Shown piece after piece: positions 45,453 through 54,209 of a stretch of 64,000 bases of DNA; position 1 is the first letter of the stretch; each line of letters starts with the position of its first letter. The position numbers were made by a program, and so were the translations under genes. The notes below the pieces were generated by a model, which saw nothing but the letters and a program-made list of their open reading frames with translations, searched no databases and was not told the origin of the DNA. Origin of the DNA: an uncultured Candidatus Saccharibacteria bacterium (GTDB taxonomy: Bacteria > Patescibacteriota > Minisyncoccia > 2-02-FULL-40-12); the NCBI GenBank assembly GCA_964368135.1, contig CAYIZI010000001.1, positions 42,926 through 106,925 on the forward strand, given 5' to 3'.

Positions 45453-46364
45453 TTAATTATTCTTACAAAAATCTTTGACGTAATTTATGTCTTCCTGGGA
45501 CAGCTTCGGCCAATACGAACTCACCAGCCACTTGCCGCCTAACATCACTGAATTACTGTTAAAAGCTTCCTGCGTCTTCAGATTGGACAGACCAATGGCG
45601 TGACCAAAACCGTGAATCATTTCTCTTATCAAGGCGGATTCTATTAATTTCCCTTCATCTGCTAAACTGCCTAAATAAACATTACTGTTGGCTGCATAGT
45701 CAAATAAGGCCGTAAAAATATTCAGCATAAAATGATCCACGGTTCCATTGCTATATATCTTTTGATACGAAACATCAGTATAATCATAATCTTCCCCATT
45801 CTTAAATTTAAAGGCCGGGTCAAGAATAAAGTTAACCGTATTTACGGTTCCTTGGTAATTATTGAATAAATCAATACCCAAAGCATCTTCCCACTGTTTT
45901 TCGGCATAACCGAGAAGCTCGTTAAGCCGCTGGCGGCTATAACCCAGTTCAAATAATCTCACATCAACATTCCCTAATTTGTAGGTTAGTTGAATTGAAC
46001 AATGAGCCGGAGGCGGCAGAGGCGTAGGCGTGGGAGTTGGAGTTGGGGTCGGAGTTGGAGTTGGGGTCGGTTTCGGAACTGGTTTTGGTTTTTGCGTAGA
46101 ACTTGGAGTAGAAACCGGCCCAATCGGCGATTCAGACGGTTCTGACGTAGCCGATGGACTTAAAATAGGAGTCGGCGTCGGAGTTGATTCTTCAAATAAT
46201 TGGGCAATGAGGGCCGCCGGGTTATTATCAGTATTCATTATCTTACTTAAACCAAAAGTAAATCCGACTGAAATAATCAATGCAAAAGCAGGAACTAATA
46301 CAGACAGTGGGATGAAACCTGACTTTATGCTTATTATTTTTTTGTTTTTGTTGGTTTTATTCAT
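45453..46364 (-). CDS. Membrane-anchored protein with a Pro/Thr-rich (PTPT) linker and a C-terminal domain carrying a HGFGH motif
   Basis: TM anchor, (TP)n linker, then the conserved-looking MIHGFGHAIGL. Possibly a degenerate metallopeptidase-like domain. Confidence 0.45.
   Translation of the reverse strand: MNKTNKNKKIISIKSGFIPLSVLVPAFALIISVGFTFGLSKIMNTDNNPAALIAQLFEESTPTPTPILSPSATSEPSESPIGPVSTPSSTQKPKPVPKPTPTPTPTPTPTPTPTPLPPPAHCSIQLTYKLGNVDVRLFELGYSRQRLNELLGYAEKQWEDALGIDLFNNYQGTVNTVNFILDPAFKFKNGEDYDYTDVSYQKIYSNGTVDHFMLNIFTALFDYAANSNVYLGSLADEGKLIESALIREMIHGFGHAIGLSNLKTQEAFNSNSVMLGGKWLVSSYWPKLSQEDINYVKDFCKNN
46030..46072. repeat. Tandem hexanucleotide repeat (GGAGTTGGAGTTGGGGTC)n encoding the (TP)n linker
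   Basis: Read directly. The ORF track shows antisense (GV)n and sense PTPTPT. Confidence 0.6.
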
Positions 46365-46370
46365 ATTTTT

Positions 46371-49300
46371 TTACTTACTGATTATTGATAAAAACGCCTT
46401 GCTTGTTTTACTCCAGTCAAAATTACTGGCCCATTTTACTGCTTCCTGGCTCATCCGGTCGCGGAGATCCTTGTCTCGAATTATCGTTAAGATACTCTCC
46501 GCGAATGCATCGCTATTGCCGTAAGAAACAAGGCGGCCAGTTTCCATATTTTTCACAGAATCCCTTAAGCCCGGTACGTCAGAAGCCACTATCGGGGTGC
46601 CGCAAGCATTGGCTTCAATCGTGGTAATGCCCCACCCTTCCATAAACGAAGGATTTACAAATACCCAGGCTTTTTGAAAAAGTTCTATTTTCTCTTTTTC
46701 AGAAACCTTTCCTCTAAATACTACTTTGCCGTTAAGATTAAGTTCAGAGGCTAATCTTTTTAACGAATTTTCTTCTTCGCCGCTGCCGACAATGACCAAC
46801 CGGGCATCATCAACTTGTCTTATAACCTTTTCAAAAGCTCTTACTAAAACATCAACCGACTTATAGGCTTTAAGCCTTCCCAAATAAAGAATAGTCGGTT
46901 CCGGACTCTTTCTCCCAAGAGTTAAATTTTTAGAATTGACTCCGGGATGGACTATTTCAATTCCTTTCTTAGTTCCAAGGCCAAAACTCTGAATATCTTT
47001 TTTGCTTGATTCCGAAACCGTAATAAACTTTACATTCCGGTAGACTATGGGCATCAAATCCTTCTCTAAAAATATTGCCAGCTTTGCTAAGGGTTTAGGC
47101 AAAGAATGCCTGAAGACTTCCTGATGGATATGATGGATAAGACAATAAATCGGCTTCCTTGAATAGATGGGCGTAAAAAAAGGAATGCCGTTATGACAAT
47201 CAACTATGATGTCATATTTGCCTCTGAATTGGGTCAGGTAGTAAATAAAAGCCCAGAGGTAAACAAAGTAAAACCCGCCTCTTCTTATGATTTCAACCCC
47301 ATCTATAATTTCTCTTCTCTTTGAATAACTGTCATTGCCGCAAAAAACAGTGACCTGGTGTCCATCCTTGACCCACTGTTTGGCGATTTCGTGGACATAA
47401 AGTTCTGCTCCGCCACCATATATATGCCTTGTGTCTCTCCAGTTAAATATAAGAATCCTCTTGCCGAGCTTCGCCATCGGAGCCTCGGTTTCAATAGGTC
47501 TAAACGCATCTTTCAAATCAATAATGCCCCTCCAGACAAACTTAAGCCTGCCCTCAAGTACGTGGAATAAATAAACCAGGCCCAACCCAAAGATGCTGGC
47601 CCATAAAATAACATTGACTATCTCTTCGACGCTGCCGTGATTTAGGATTATGCCGATAGACATAAACAATGAAGCAGTCATTGAAATAATCGGGAATATA
47701 AATTGCCTTTTAGCCAAATGATAGACGACTATAGAATTTGAAATCGTGAAAACAGTAAGCGCGAGAGTGTAAATATTAAGATAAGGCAGAATGGCCAGCG
47801 TCTTGGAGCCAAAAAGTATCGGCACGGTTAAATTGCCCAGAGGGCCCAAAAAAATAAACCCGGCTAATGACAAAAGGACGGTTGAACCAACCAGCAGCTC
47901 AAATGTCTTTTTAGTATTTCTCTTTAATCCCTCGTCTCGGCCAATCAAAGTAATCATAAATATATTGGGCAGAGAGCCGAGAAAATATATCATCTTGCCG
48001 ACAAGCGATATTAGAGTGTACTCGCCGGCCAAACGCGGCGATAAAAAGTGTTTGACTAAAATAATGTCAATGCTTAAAAATATCGTCGCCGACATTAAAG
48101 TAAGTATTGAGGCGTAGAAAAACCTGCCCGGAAACTTATGGTTTTTAGTCTGAATAAAATCTTCAGAATGCCTTGAAACAGCCAAAACAGAAGCCATTGA
48201 AGCAACCGCTATGGATATCGGAATTGAAAGATAAACTAAATGATTTAACCCATACCAGGCGAAAAGAGCCGCCGCAATAAACTTACTTACTGATTCAAAA
48301 AGAATAACGAAAGCAACACTGGTAAAGTAAAGATTGCCATTAAGAAACCCCCTGTTTGCCGACGCAATCACTCCCAAAGTCAGAACCGGAGTGAACATAA
48401 AAAGGATGGACTGGCTGCTTATGTTAAAGAAATTAGAAAGGAATGAAACTGAAACTATCCACATTACCGATATGCCTAAGGCAATAGGAATTGCTTTGTT
48501 CAAAGTTGATTTGAGAAACGCAAGCGCCGACCCCTCACCCTTTTCAACGGCCAGATGAGCAGTCTTATGGTTTACCGTTGAGGAAACCGCGCCCATAAAT
48601 ATCGCCGCTACTGACCATAAAGTATTAACCAGTATCACTAGACTAAGTTCTTCAAAAGACAAAACCCTTCCCAGGAAAGCGTTAAAAAGAAAATTAAGGA
48701 AATTGGCGAACATCATCGCCGCAATCATAAGCGCCGCTCCCGAAAGAGCATTTTCGGTCAGCGATAACGGCAAAAATTTATTAGTGGTTTTTTTCAGCCA
48801 AGAATCTTTCTTTATAAAATTAAGAGTCAATTCAGGTTTCGGGGCCGGTCCCGATTTTATCGTCCCTAAAACAGGTAAGGGTTTTAATTTCTTTAAATGC
48901 AGGCCGTGCTTGGTCTTTTCCCAGAAATGCGGCTTAATGAAAAGCTGGTAAGTTGCCATTACCGCGGCAATACTCATAAAGAACCAATAGAAAGGTATTA
49001 AAAAGACATATTTTATTATTGGCCAGTGGCCCCTTTTGGCACAGCCGATCATGTAATAGTAAAAATAGAGAAAATTCCCGAAGACCAGAGAAAAAACGGC
49101 GATATAAAAGACCGGGGTCGGATATATTGATTCTATGGTCGGACCGACAACGGAACGCAGGGCGAAATAAGAGATCGTCATAAACCACAAAATTGGATTT
49201 ATAAGCATAAAGACAATTTTGCCGCCGATGTTAAGCTGGAAAAGAAAAGTATGGATGCCGCTTTTTTTCAAAAATTCCATCGGCTTTCTCATATGAACCA

Positions 49301-51047
49301 GATATGTCTGCATATAGCCCTTAATCCACCTTGACCTCTGCCTTATCCAGTTCCAAACCTGACTATTTGCTTCTTCAAGAGTTATTGAATCAATAATCGC
49401 CGTGTTGAAACCCTGTTTAAATAACCGCACCCCCAAGTCGGCGTCTTCGGTAACGTTGAAGGGATCCCAACCCTTAAGATTCCTTAAGTCGGCGGTCCGG
49501 AAATGGTTGCTGGTGCCGCCAAGAGGAATTGAAGTATTAATTGACTGAAGACCCGGCAGAATGATTTCAAACCACAACGAGTACTCGGCCGTAAAAAGCC
49601 GGGTCAAAAGATTTTGATTGGTGTTATAATAATTGAGTTTTGCCTGAAGACATTTAACTTTTTCTGGCACTCTTTGAAAAGCCAAATAAGCTTTCTTAAG
49701 CTGCTGGGGTTCGGGCATATCTTCGGCGTCGTAAACGACAAGATACTCACCCTTGGCTGAATTAAGACCATAATTGCAGGCCTTGGGCTTGGTCTTAGGC
49801 AAAGAGTGAGGAACGATTACTATCCTTACGTAGCTTGGCAAATCTATTGACCTGGCAGTATCTATTGTCTCTAAGTCGTTTTCTTCTAAAAGCAGCTGGA
49901 CATCCAATTTATCCTTAGGCCACTCCAATTTGCTTATTGAATTTAAAAATTTTGGAAGAACCGCTGATTCCCGATAAAGCGGGCAGAGAATCGCATAAAC
50001 CGGCAGAGAACTTTCGTCTATCCGGGAAAGTTCCTCATCAGTAAAACTAAGTTCCGGAGGATTATGCAGACTTTTTGTGATAAGGAATAAATTAAACAAA
50101 ACGTCAAAAAAGTATAGAGAGCTTAAAACAGCCATTAAAGCTATGGCCGTATAGAGCGGGAAAAATAAAAATCCGGCAACAGCCAAAATAACGGATAGAA
50201 ATATTAAAAATTTCTGGCTGGCGGTAAATGTGATTAGGGCCGAGGTTTCACTGTCAAGATTAGAATGAGTAATGAACCTTCTGCCTTTATGGGCCATTCC
50301 GGCGCCGATCATACTTGATTCGTCTTGCGGCGGTATTTGAATCGGCTTTTTCTTTTTTAACTTGTTGGCCAACGCGTTAGTGCCTATTTCCCAACTGGCT
50401 TTTATGACATTGATTTTTGATTCACCGGAATGCCTCTTTTCAAAATCTATATTAACGGTGGCTATTTCATGGCCGGCGTATCTGGCGTTAACCAAGAATT
50501 CCAGATCAAAGGTCCACTGGGACGGATTAACTGCTATTTCCTTGGTTATCTGTTTTTTAAAAACTTTTAACCCTGACTGGACATCGCACTTAAGCCCGTG
50601 AAGAATCCGGCCAAAAACAAAATTAAAACCTTTGCTGGCCAGCTTTCTTAAGGGGCTTATGCCTTTATAACGTCTATTGGCCACAACTACGCCGGCGCCA
50701 TCTCTAATTTTTCTCACCATTTCCGGTATCGCTTCCGGCGGGTACTGCAGGTCAGCGTCAATCATCCCGACAGTGTCATACTTGGCATAATCAAAACCCT
50801 CAAGAATAGAAAAGGCCTTACCCTTTTTGCCTTTCTTCAAATGACAACTAATTGGATATTCGTCGGCCAGATTATTGGCAATCTTAACCGTATTATCGGT
50901 TGAGTGGTCATCTATTGTGACTATTTCATACTCAATACCGCCTTTTTTTAAAGCATTATCAATCCTCTTGACTAACTTCTGGATATTTCCTTCTTCATTA
51001 AAAGTAGGAATAATTATTGATACTTTTTCAGTGTTTTTGGCCTCCAT
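46371..51047 (-). CDS. 1558-aa multidomain glycan-synthesis fusion protein: DPM1-like GT2 + processive QxxRW GT2 + multi-TM flippase-like block + GT4
   Basis: aa 1-230 IIIPTFNEEGN...DADLQYPPE (DPM1/GtrB-like GT2). aa ~340-600 YDAEDMP, TEDADLG and QRSRW (cellulose-synthase/NodC-like). aa ~760-1170 give about 12 predicted TM helices. The C-terminal ~380 aa ...EGWGITTIEANACGTPIVASDVPG is GT4. It is one uninterrupted ORF. Confidence 0.8.
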   Translation of the reverse strand: MEAKNTEKVSIIIPTFNEEGNIQKLVKRIDNALKKGGIEYEIVTIDDHSTDNTVKIANNLADEYPISCHLKKGKKGKAFSILEGFDYAKYDTVGMIDADLQYPPEAIPEMVRKIRDGAGVVVANRRYKGISPLRKLASKGFNFVFGRILHGLKCDVQSGLKVFKKQITKEIAVNPSQWTFDLEFLVNARYAGHEIATVNIDFEKRHSGESKINVIKASWEIGTNALANKLKKKKPIQIPPQDESSMIGAGMAHKGRRFITHSNLDSETSALITFTASQKFLIFLSVILAVAGFLFFPLYTAIALMAVLSSLYFFDVLFNLFLITKSLHNPPELSFTDEELSRIDESSLPVYAILCPLYRESAVLPKFLNSISKLEWPKDKLDVQLLLEENDLETIDTARSIDLPSYVRIVIVPHSLPKTKPKACNYGLNSAKGEYLVVYDAEDMPEPQQLKKAYLAFQRVPEKVKCLQAKLNYYNTNQNLLTRLFTAEYSLWFEIILPGLQSINTSIPLGGTSNHFRTADLRNLKGWDPFNVTEDADLGVRLFKQGFNTAIIDSITLEEANSQVWNWIRQRSRWIKGYMQTYLVHMRKPMEFLKKSGIHTFLFQLNIGGKIVFMLINPILWFMTISYFALRSVVGPTIESIYPTPVFYIAVFSLVFGNFLYFYYYMIGCAKRGHWPIIKYVFLIPFYWFFMSIAAVMATYQLFIKPHFWEKTKHGLHLKKLKPLPVLGTIKSGPAPKPELTLNFIKKDSWLKKTTNKFLPLSLTENALSGAALMIAAMMFANFLNFLFNAFLGRVLSFEELSLVILVNTLWSVAAIFMGAVSSTVNHKTAHLAVEKGEGSALAFLKSTLNKAIPIALGISVMWIVSVSFLSNFFNISSQSILFMFTPVLTLGVIASANRGFLNGNLYFTSVAFVILFESVSKFIAAALFAWYGLNHLVYLSIPISIAVASMASVLAVSRHSEDFIQTKNHKFPGRFFYASILTLMSATIFLSIDIILVKHFLSPRLAGEYTLISLVGKMIYFLGSLPNIFMITLIGRDEGLKRNTKKTFELLVGSTVLLSLAGFIFLGPLGNLTVPILFGSKTLAILPYLNIYTLALTVFTISNSIVVYHLAKRQFIFPIISMTASLFMSIGIILNHGSVEEIVNVILWASIFGLGLVYLFHVLEGRLKFVWRGIIDLKDAFRPIETEAPMAKLGKRILIFNWRDTRHIYGGGAELYVHEIAKQWVKDGHQVTVFCGNDSYSKRREIIDGVEIIRRGGFYFVYLWAFIYYLTQFRGKYDIIVDCHNGIPFFTPIYSRKPIYCLIHHIHQEVFRHSLPKPLAKLAIFLEKDLMPIVYRNVKFITVSESSKKDIQSFGLGTKKGIEIVHPGVNSKNLTLGRKSPEPTILYLGRLKAYKSVDVLVRAFEKVIRQVDDARLVIVGSGEEENSLKRLASELNLNGKVVFRGKVSEKEKIELFQKAWVFVNPSFMEGWGITTIEANACGTPIVASDVPGLRDSVKNMETGRLVSYGNSDAFAESILTIIRDKDLRDRMSQEAVKWASNFDWSKTSKAFLSIISK

Positions 51048-51070
51048 TTCTCAAATTTAACCAAATAAAA

Positions 51071-51087
51071 ATCCCATATTATGGGAT
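51071..51087. promoter_or_regulatory. Palindrome ATCCCATA-T-TATGGGAT immediately 5' of the giant gene start (a T-run follows on the minus strand)
   Basis: Read directly. It could be a weak terminator of the GNAT gene or an operator. Confidence 0.3.
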
Positions 51088-51146
51088 ATTAGGTATCTAT
51101 CTAACCTATCGCCCTACTTTACATCATCTTAATGAAAACAGTCAAG

Positions 51147-51614
51147 TTAGAGGTTTGGCCTGAATTCAAGACGATGAAACTTATGGCCATTATACTGGCC
51201 TGGCTCATCCAGCAGTTGAAAGCCATTTTTTATGTAAAAATCTTTCACGCCGTACTCGTAAAAAGAAGTTGTCCGTAAAATTTTAAAGCCATTTTCCCGA
51301 GCAAATTGTTTGGCAAACTCAATTAGCCTTGAACCGACTCCCTTGGCCTGCCCCCCACTTGCGGGCAAGCGGGGGGCCTGAATATCTTTGGCCACAGCCA
51401 ATGTTTCAATATAAAGCATCTTGTTTCTTTCTCTTAAACTCATTACTCCGGTTGTTTTACCATTCTCTTCGCTTAAATAATACTCCCCTTTCTCAATTTG
51501 CTTCCTAATAAATTTTTCGGTCGTCCACACAAAATCAGGTATCTCTAAATAAAGAACTTGGGCTATTTCAACGACTCTTTCTACATCTTCAGAAACTGCT
51601 TTTCTTATACTCAT
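51147..51614 (-). CDS. GNAT-family N-acetyltransferase
   Basis: Acetyl-CoA-binding motif region ...Q--GVGSRLIEFA and a GNAT-fold-length protein. Confidence 0.7.
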   Translation of the reverse strand: MSIRKAVSEDVERVVEIAQVLYLEIPDFVWTTEKFIRKQIEKGEYYLSEENGKTTGVMSLRERNKMLYIETLAVAKDIQAPRLPASGGQAKGVGSRLIEFAKQFARENGFKILRTTSFYEYGVKDFYIKNGFQLLDEPGQYNGHKFHRLEFRPNL

Positions 51615-52159
51615 TTCTTTAATCTATCCTTGAACTTTTTTCTGAATTTTTCCAGCTTCGGATTAATCACTGCCTGGCAATAAGGCGCCTCTGGATTATG
51701 GGAATAATAATCCTGATGATATTGTTCGGCCGGGTAAAATTTATCAAGCGGCACAATTTCGGTAACGATTGGTTTTTCAAATTCACCCGAATCACCCAAC
51801 CGCTTCTTTGACTCCTCGGCCAACCTCTTTTGTTCATCATCATAGTAAAAAATCATTGACCGATACTGATGACCCACATCCGGCCCCTGGCGGTTTACTT
51901 GGGTCGGATCATGAGTCGCCCAGAAAACTTCCAGTAAATCTGCATAAGAAATCTTTTCCGGGTCATAAGTTATCTGAATGGCTTCGGCATGGCCGGTTCG
52001 GCCGCCGGAAACTTTTTCGTAAGTTGGTTTTTCTTTACCGCCGCCAGCATAACCGTTCTCAACTAAAACTACGCCTTCAAGTTCCTCAAATATTGCCTCT
52101 CCGCACCAAAAACAGCCGGAGGCAAAAGTCGCTTTTTCAAAATTTTTATTTTCACTCAT
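51611..52159 (-). CDS. msrA: Peptide-methionine (S)-S-oxide reductase MsrA
   Basis: ATFASGCFWCGEAIF active-site motif. Confidence 0.85.
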   Translation of the reverse strand: MSENKNFEKATFASGCFWCGEAIFEELEGVVLVENGYAGGGKEKPTYEKVSGGRTGHAEAIQITYDPEKISYADLLEVFWATHDPTQVNRQGPDVGHQYRSMIFYYDDEQKRLAEESKKRLGDSGEFEKPIVTEIVPLDKFYPAEQYHQDYYSHNPEAPYCQAVINPKLEKFRKKFKDRLKK

Positions 52160-52587
52160 TGTAAAAATTCTATCATGCCACCAATTCTAATTCCGTTCTT
52201 TTCGGTAAAACCGGCGTTGACTTCCAGAATATATAGGGCCGGCGCTCGCGGTTCAAATACTTCCGGAAACGAATCTGACTGAACATCAGAAGCAATGTCT
52301 ACCACCCGGTAATTTCCGTCCAGCCAAATCACATCAATCGGAAACTTCATATCTTTCATCCAGATGCCGTAGATGCCAGGTTTATCGTGGATAAAAAGAA
52401 GACCGGTGCTCTTATCTAAACTCTCACGGCCGGAAAGGCCTTTAGCTCTTTCGTCAGGCGTATCAGCTATTTCAATAGTGATATCAATATCCCTGACCCC
52501 TGCCATTTCACCTTTATTCTCGTTTCGGCTGAAAACATAAAATCCAAGCCCAATGATAATTACTATTATTAATAATAAAATCTTCAT
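52156..52587 (-). CDS. DUF192-domain protein
   Basis: Signal/TM N-terminus, then GLSGRESLDKSTGLLFIH...MKDMKFPIDVIWLD typical of DUF192. Start taken at MKILLL. Confidence 0.6.
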   Translation of the reverse strand: MKILLLIIVIIIGLGFYVFSRNENKGEMAGVRDIDITIEIADTPDERAKGLSGRESLDKSTGLLFIHDKPGIYGIWMKDMKFPIDVIWLDGNYRVVDIASDVQSDSFPEVFEPRAPALYILEVNAGFTEKNGIRIGGMIEFLQ

Positions 52588-52639
52588 ATATCTTAGATTA
52601 TACCTATGAAATGGGATACTGAAAATTAGAATCATAAAA

Positions 52640-52700
52640 CCGCCTCTTGGGTGGTTTTATGATTTAGTTTACCCACTCATATATGAGTGAGGGGTTGCTC
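52640..52700 (-). terminator. Tandem hairpins and a T-tract downstream of the major pilin gene
   Basis: CCACTCATATATGAGTG(A)GG and AAAACCGCCTCTTGGGTGGTTTT stem-loops. On the minus strand a T-rich tract follows, then a TATAAT hexamer sits 9 nt before the DUF192 ATG. Confidence 0.45.
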
Positions 52701-52702
52701 TC

Positions 52703-53179
52703 TTAACGAGTGACTTCGATTATTTGTCCAAGCTCAGCTGAAGGCGCACTAATTGTAACCCTTCCAGCTGAATCAACTTCTAAATCATAGCCAGTATCGT
52801 CTCCTACTGCTGATGTTGGATCTGTAGGAAATGACGGAACGTATGTTGGTGTAAGGCAAGAAAGATCAATATCTCCTGCCACGGCACCAGAAGTAACAAT
52901 ATCGACTGCCGAACCGGCAGCTGGAAGCGATGGACATGTATATGTAGTGCCGCCGATTGTGAATGAACCGCTGAAAATTCCTTTATTATCAGCAATCCTT
53001 TGGCCAACTGAGTTCAAAATAGTGTTAGCATTACTGGTTCTCTGGGTATTTCTGCCTTGGGCAAACTGTCTGGCTGGGTTTATGGCGATCAAGACAATAG
53101 TTGCTAAAATAGCAATAATCCCGATAACTACCAGAATTTCAATAAGGGTAAAGCCCCTATTTTTTCTTTGATTTTTCAT
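52703..53179 (-). CDS. Type IV pilin (prepilin with an N-terminal G/FTLIE class III signal), likely major pilin
   Basis: KNRG-FTLIEILVVIGIIAILATIVL and two C-terminal Cys. Confidence 0.8.
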   Translation of the reverse strand: MKNQRKNRGFTLIEILVVIGIIAILATIVLIAINPARQFAQGRNTQRTSNANTILNSVGQRIADNKGIFSGSFTIGGTTYTCPSLPAAGSAVDIVTSGAVAGDIDLSCLTPTYVPSFPTDPTSAVGDDTGYDLEVDSAGRVTISAPSAELGQIIEVTR

Positions 53180-53269
53180 AATCTCCTGATTTTTTAAACT
53201 ATATCAATTTATCGACCTGATTTTTAAAGATAAAGAGAGGTTATAATGGGATATGGGTCTTGTCAATAT

Positions 53270-53731
53270 TTATGGAAAATTTCCTATCTCTTCCCAAGAT
53301 TCAACTTCTATTTTGCCAAATGGTTTTGAAACAATTATTTCAAGATTAGTATAGGAACTTTTATTGCCGTCTTGAGGGTATTTGCCTTGAACTTGGATTG
53401 TCTTAGTCCCAGAGCCGGATATTGAATAAATAATACATGAATCATCACCAACCGGAATAGTTTCGCCAGGCGGCGAAAGCGAGTAATCATTAAATTCGTC
53501 ATCATTTAGCGCCTGTAATTTTAAAATCGCGGTGTCGGCGCAGGCCTCGGCCAAGCCAATGCTTTTTTCCTTAAACTCTGAATCAAGAACATTTATCCTG
53601 GCGAAAAAACTGCGAAAGCCCAAAGCAAAAGTAATAGTCATCAAAATAATGGCAATAATGACCGTAGAAATCAAAGCAATATAGCCGTTTTTATTTCCGG
53701 ATAAATTTGGTGGTCTCATAATAAAAATCAT
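53270..53731 (-). CDS. Minor pilin-like protein with a non-canonical leader (PilX-like)
   Basis: Hydrophobic N-terminal helix NGYIALISTVIIAIILMTI, but no Glu at +5. Confidence 0.45.
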   Translation of the reverse strand: MIFIMRPPNLSGNKNGYIALISTVIIAIILMTITFALGFRSFFARINVLDSEFKEKSIGLAEACADTAILKLQALNDDEFNDYSLSPPGETIPVGDDSCIIYSISGSGTKTIQVQGKYPQDGNKSSYTNLEIIVSKPFGKIEVESWEEIGNFP

Positions 53732-54209
53732 TTAAGTAAAAGTTGGTCTTGACTGCTGGGGGCTGGCCAGTGGCTGAAGGAGGAATATACTCAAAGCTCA
53801 AAGTGGCGGCTTTTACGCTATCGCTGTCTAAGGCCAAAAAAACTCCTATCCCTGGATCAATCTCAATATTTTCGTTAACCAATCTAAATTTGACTCGTTG
53901 GGATAAACCATATTTATCAACTGACAGTTCATCCCCTTCTGGCGGGATAATTATTGGAGTTGGGTTTGATAAATCTATTCCAGTCAACGCCCAATTTATT
54001 TTCCGCAAAACAAAGTTGGCCTCGTCGCTGATTAAAACCTTAATGTTGGAACGGTCGGTTGCTTCAATAACTGAATAAACCGAAACAATCACTCCGGCCA
54101 TTAATAGAGAAAAAAGAGCTATATATATTAGCACTTCAATAATGGTAAATCCATTTTCGTGACTAAATTTAGACATCAGAAAATCAATTGCAAACTGGTG
54201 ATGGTTCAA
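53691..54209 (-). CDS. Minor pilin/pseudopilin (prepilin-type N-terminal cleavage/methylation domain)
   Basis: HENG-FTIIEVLIYIALFSLL. Confidence 0.7.
   Translation of the reverse strand: MNHHQFAIDFLMSKFSHENGFTIIEVLIYIALFSLLMAGVIVSVYSVIEATDRSNIKVLISDEANFVLRKINWALTGIDLSNPTPIIIPPEGDELSVDKYGLSQRVKFRLVNENIEIDPGIGVFLALDSDSVKAATLSFEYIPPSATGQPPAVKTNFYLNDFYYETTKFIRK

Noticed and set aside
46030-46524. ORF-track protein MGVGVGVGVG... on the + strand
   Set aside because: It is the antisense translation of the (TP)n hexanucleotide repeat and of the 3' end of the giant gene, so it is a low-complexity artefact.
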